The translations under genes were made by a program, and so were the position numbers. The notes beneath the pieces were generated by a model. The model was not told the origin of the DNA, made no database searches, and worked only from the letters and a program-made list of their open reading frames with translations. Below are positions 60,443 to 64,000 of a stretch of DNA of 64,000 nt, one piece after another. Within the stretch, counting starts at the first letter, position 1. Every line of letters starts with the position of its first letter. The stretch lies in the NCBI RefSeq assembly GCF_009914755.1, contig NC_060925.1; one strand, given 5' to 3'. The DNA comes from the human T2T-CHM13v2.0 reference genome, Homo sapiens.

Positions 60443-61330
60443 AGGTGCTATCTCATTGTGGTTTTGATTTGCATTTATGTGATGATTAATGATGTCAAGC
60501 ATGTTTTCATACACCTATTGGTCATTTGTATGTATTCTTTTCAGAAAAGCCTGCTCAGGTCCTTTGCCCGTTTTCAAAACAGGTAATTTATTATCTTGCT
60601 ATTGAGTTGTTTGAGTTCCTTATATAGTTAGTATATTAACCCCTTATTCAGATGTATGGTTAGCAAGTATTTTTTCCCATTCTGTAGGTTGTTCCTTTAC
60701 TTTGTTGATAGGTTCCTTTGTGGTGCAAAAGATTTTTGGTTTGATTTAATTTATCTATTTTTTTTATTTTTGCCTGTCATATTGTGTTCATCAATGGATG
60801 AATGAGTTTAAAAAATGTATTATATATACAAAATTGAACACTATTCAGCCTTTAAAAAAGAAGAGAATCTTGTGGCAACATGGATGAACTTGGAGCACAT
60901 CGTTAAGTGAAATAATCCAGGCACAGAAAGGCAAATACCTAATGATTTGAGTTTATGTGGAATCTAAAAAGGTCAAACTCATAGAAGCCAACAGTCAAAC
61001 AATAATTACATGAGTCTGGGGGCTGGGGTGCAGGTATTGGGAAGATGTTGGTCAAAGTATTCAAAATATCAGTTTGACTAGAGAAATAAGTTCAAGAGAT
61101 TTGTACAACATAGTAACTTACAGCTAATAGCAATGGATTGTATACTTAGACATTGCTTACAAAGTAGATTTCAAGCATTCTCACTACAAAAAAACAATGG
61201 TAAGTATGTGAGGTAATGCATATGTTAATTAACTTGATTTAGCCACTTTGCAATGTATACATATATCAAAATGTTATGCTGTACACCATAAATATATACA
61301 AATTTAATTTTCCAATTAAAAAAGAAAAAA
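60443..61330 (+). mobile_element. L1MA-type element with a 5' inversion/deletion (60443-60778 minus, 60781-61330 plus)
   Basis: An antisense ORF2 segment abuts a sense 3' end that has an A-rich tail. Confidence 0.8.
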
Positions 61331-61340
61331 CACTTACCTG

Positions 61341-61419
61341 AGAGGCTGGCTGAGACAGAAGAATCTCTTGAACCCGGGAGGTGGAGGTTGCAGTGAGCTG
61401 AGATCTTGCCACTGCACTC
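61341..61419 (+). mobile_element. Tailless Alu right-arm fragment
   Basis: gaatctcttgaacccgggaggtggaggttgcagtgagctgagatc. Confidence 0.85.
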
Positions 61420-61590
61420 ATCACCTCTCAGGAAAATAAGAGTTAAAACTTATTTTCCCATTAGTTTATCTTACTAACCAACCTAAAATTTCTCTGTTTC
61501 ATTTTCTGGATTATTCATTGATTTTATCAAAACACCACCATTATAATTCACAACTATAATTCTTCCTGAGACCTATGGTGGTAAATAAAC

Positions 61591-64000
61591 TGTTGCCAGG
61601 ATCTGAATGTGTCCCTCTTAAATTTATGTATTGAAACTTAATTGCCAATATAATAATATTAGGAGGTGAGACATTTAGGAAGTAATTAAGTCATGAAGGG
61701 GAGGTCCTCATGCCTAGAATTAGGGCTGTTATAAAAGAGCTTGAGGACATGTGTTCTCTCTTCTGGCTTTTTCATCATGTAAAGACAGTATGTTTTTTCT
61801 TTTGCCCTTTTTACCCCTTCTGCCATGCAAAAGATGCAGTAGGAAGACCCTCATGGAAAACGTAATGGTGGCACCTTGATTTTGGACTTTTCAGCCTCCA
61901 GAATGGTGAGAAATAAATTCTGATTGCTTCTAAGTCATCACTATCTGGTATTTTTTTTTTGTAGCACCAGAAGGATTAAATGAGTAATTGGTACTAGGAG
62001 TGGAGTGCTACAATAACAAATTCTTGAAAATGTGGAAGCAATTTTGGAACTGGGTAATAGCAGGGCAGGAACAGTTTTGAAGTGCATGCTGCAAATCACC
62101 TAGATTGCCAGGAATGGAAAGTAAAAAGCAATTCTGGTCAAGGCTCAGAAGAGAAAACTATAGAGAGATTCTTGGTCTTCTTAGAGATTATCTAAGTAGC
62201 CATGATCAGCAGTCTAGTGAGGTCTTAGATGGAAATAAGGCAATTCTGATGAGTTCTTAGATGGAAATAAGAAATATCTTCTTGGAAACAGGAGGAAAGG
62301 TCATCCTGGTTACAAAGTGGTAAAGAACTTAGCTGAATTGTGTCTGTTTGCTTGTATGTTGTGGAAGGCAGACTTTCAGAGCAATCAATGAAGTGTATAT
62401 TTGGTGGAAGAAATATCTAAGCAAAACGCTGAAGGTACTGCATGGCTTCTCTTAATTACTTACAGTAAAATTAAAAAGAGAGAGAAACAAATTAAAGGCA
62501 TAATTTATTATTGAAAAGGAAGCAGACTTTAAGATTTGGAAATTCTCAGCCTGGCTGTGTAAAGAATAATAAAGCATATTTGTTAGAGAATACCAAAGTG
62601 TGGCCAAGCAAGCGTTTGATAAAGACAATGGTATAGATAGAAGGAAGCAAGATTCTATCCAACAGGATAATGAAAGAATGACCCTGAAAGCATTTTGAAG
62701 ATCATTGAGGCTGTTCCTCCTATCACTGGCTCAGAGTACCAGAAGCTTGAAGGAAGAACAATTTCAAGCGAGGGGCCAAGGATGTCCATGGGACGCCAGG
62801 GTTCTCTGTCCAGGACTGCCTCAAGTTTCTGCTCCACACATTCTAACACAGCTCTCCTTAACTGCGCTACGCGGGGCTTGGGCCATCACTCCATAGGGCA
62901 CAAGTGGAAACCTGGGTGGCATCCATATGGTGTTAACTCTGCAGATGCACACAGTACACAAGCTGTGGCAACATGGTTACTTCCACCTAGATTTCAAAGA
63001 ATGTTTCAGAGAGTCTCGGGAACCAGGAGGAGGAGTGTTATGGGGCAGAGCTGCTGCAGAGATTCCCTAATAGCTATGGAAATGCCAAGTGGAGCTGTGA
63101 AAGTGGGAACACTGCAAAGAGTCCATACCAAGACAATCCATACCAAGACAAAGAGTCCATACCAAGAGCTGTGAGACTGGAACCATGAGAGAGCCCTCAC
63201 TGGGCAATGTTTAATGGGGACATGAGGGCAGAATCACTCTTGAGACCTTAGATATGTAGAGCCATTAGCATGCAATGCCAGTCTCAGAGAACTTTAGGTG
63301 CCTGACAGCAATTGCTGATAGCTCTTGTGTGAACCACATCCCAGAAAGCCATAGGGTGGGGCTTTCCAGGGCCTTGGAGGTTCAACCTCCACAACAGTAT
63401 GTTTCAAAGTCAGAACAAGGAGTAGAAGATTACTTTTACCACTTTAATATTTAATATTGTTTGCCCTATTGAGTTTAGGGCTTACTTTGGAACTGTTACT
63501 ACTTTTTTCTTTCCTCCTACTTTCTTTTGAAATGTGAACGTCTATTTTCTGCCTTTCCACCATTGTATTTTGGAAGCACATAATTTGTTTTATCTTGCAT
63601 GTTCACAGCTAGAGAGCAATTTTCTTCAGATAAAGTTTAACTTGAGTCTATCCATATCTGATTTAGTTGAGACTCTAGACTTCAGACTCTTGAGTTGGTG
63701 CTGGAATGAGTTAAGACTGTTGGGGCTGTTGGGATAGAATAAATATATTTTGCATGTTAAAAGGATATGAATTTGTTGAGGACAGGGTGAAATACTATGG
63801 GTAGATATAGTTTAAATGTGTCCCCTCAAATTTATGGTGAGCCTCAATCACCACTATAATGGTATTAAGAGGTGAGGCCTTTAGCAGGTGAAAAAGTGAT
63901 GAGGGCAGAGCCCTCATGGTTAGAATTATAAGCCCTTATAAAAGGGCTTGAGGGAGTGGGTTTTTCTCTTTTCTGCTTCTCTGCCATGTGAGGACACAGT
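61591..64000 (+). mobile_element. MST-type MaLR provirus: 5' LTR about 61591-61980, internal region about 61981-63793, 3' LTR from about 63794 to the window end
   Basis: Two similar LTR starts (aatgtgtccc.c..aaatttatg...ggtgag). The internal region starts aattggtactaggagtgg and contains aatgtggaagcaattttggaactgggtaat. A purine tract precedes the 3' LTR. Confidence 0.88.

Noticed and set aside
63121-63167. tccataccaaga x3
   Set aside because: Ordinary slippage within the MaLR internal region.
62695-63174. 159-aa ORF
   Set aside because: Lies in decayed MaLR internal sequence and is not supported as a host gene.

Overview
This is AT-rich, repeat-dense primate (ape-like) intergenic or intronic DNA. 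No intact protein-coding gene, RNA gene or CRISPR array is supported. It contains about 13 Alus or Alu fragments, old L1 pieces (two with 5' inversions), MaLR/ERVL LTRs including an LTR-internal-LTR MST element at the right end, a Tigger DNA transposon, MIR/L2 relics and microsatellites. The one gene-derived feature is a 5'-truncated, CpG-rich processed pseudogene of TJP3 (ZO-3) on the minus strand (36074-36838) with no target-site duplication. The most unusual structure lies about 550 bp from it (35311-35537). It is a near-identical, inverted and circularly permuted copy of 33701-33840, and its joint carries a fold-back, tandem-duplicated TJP3 fragment. This pattern fits re-integration of a chimeric DNA circle of about 224 bp, or serial template switching. 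It is a rearrangement scar; I found no evidence for a new gene system. Repeat subfamily names and the TJP3 identification are from memory of consensus sequences, not from database searches.
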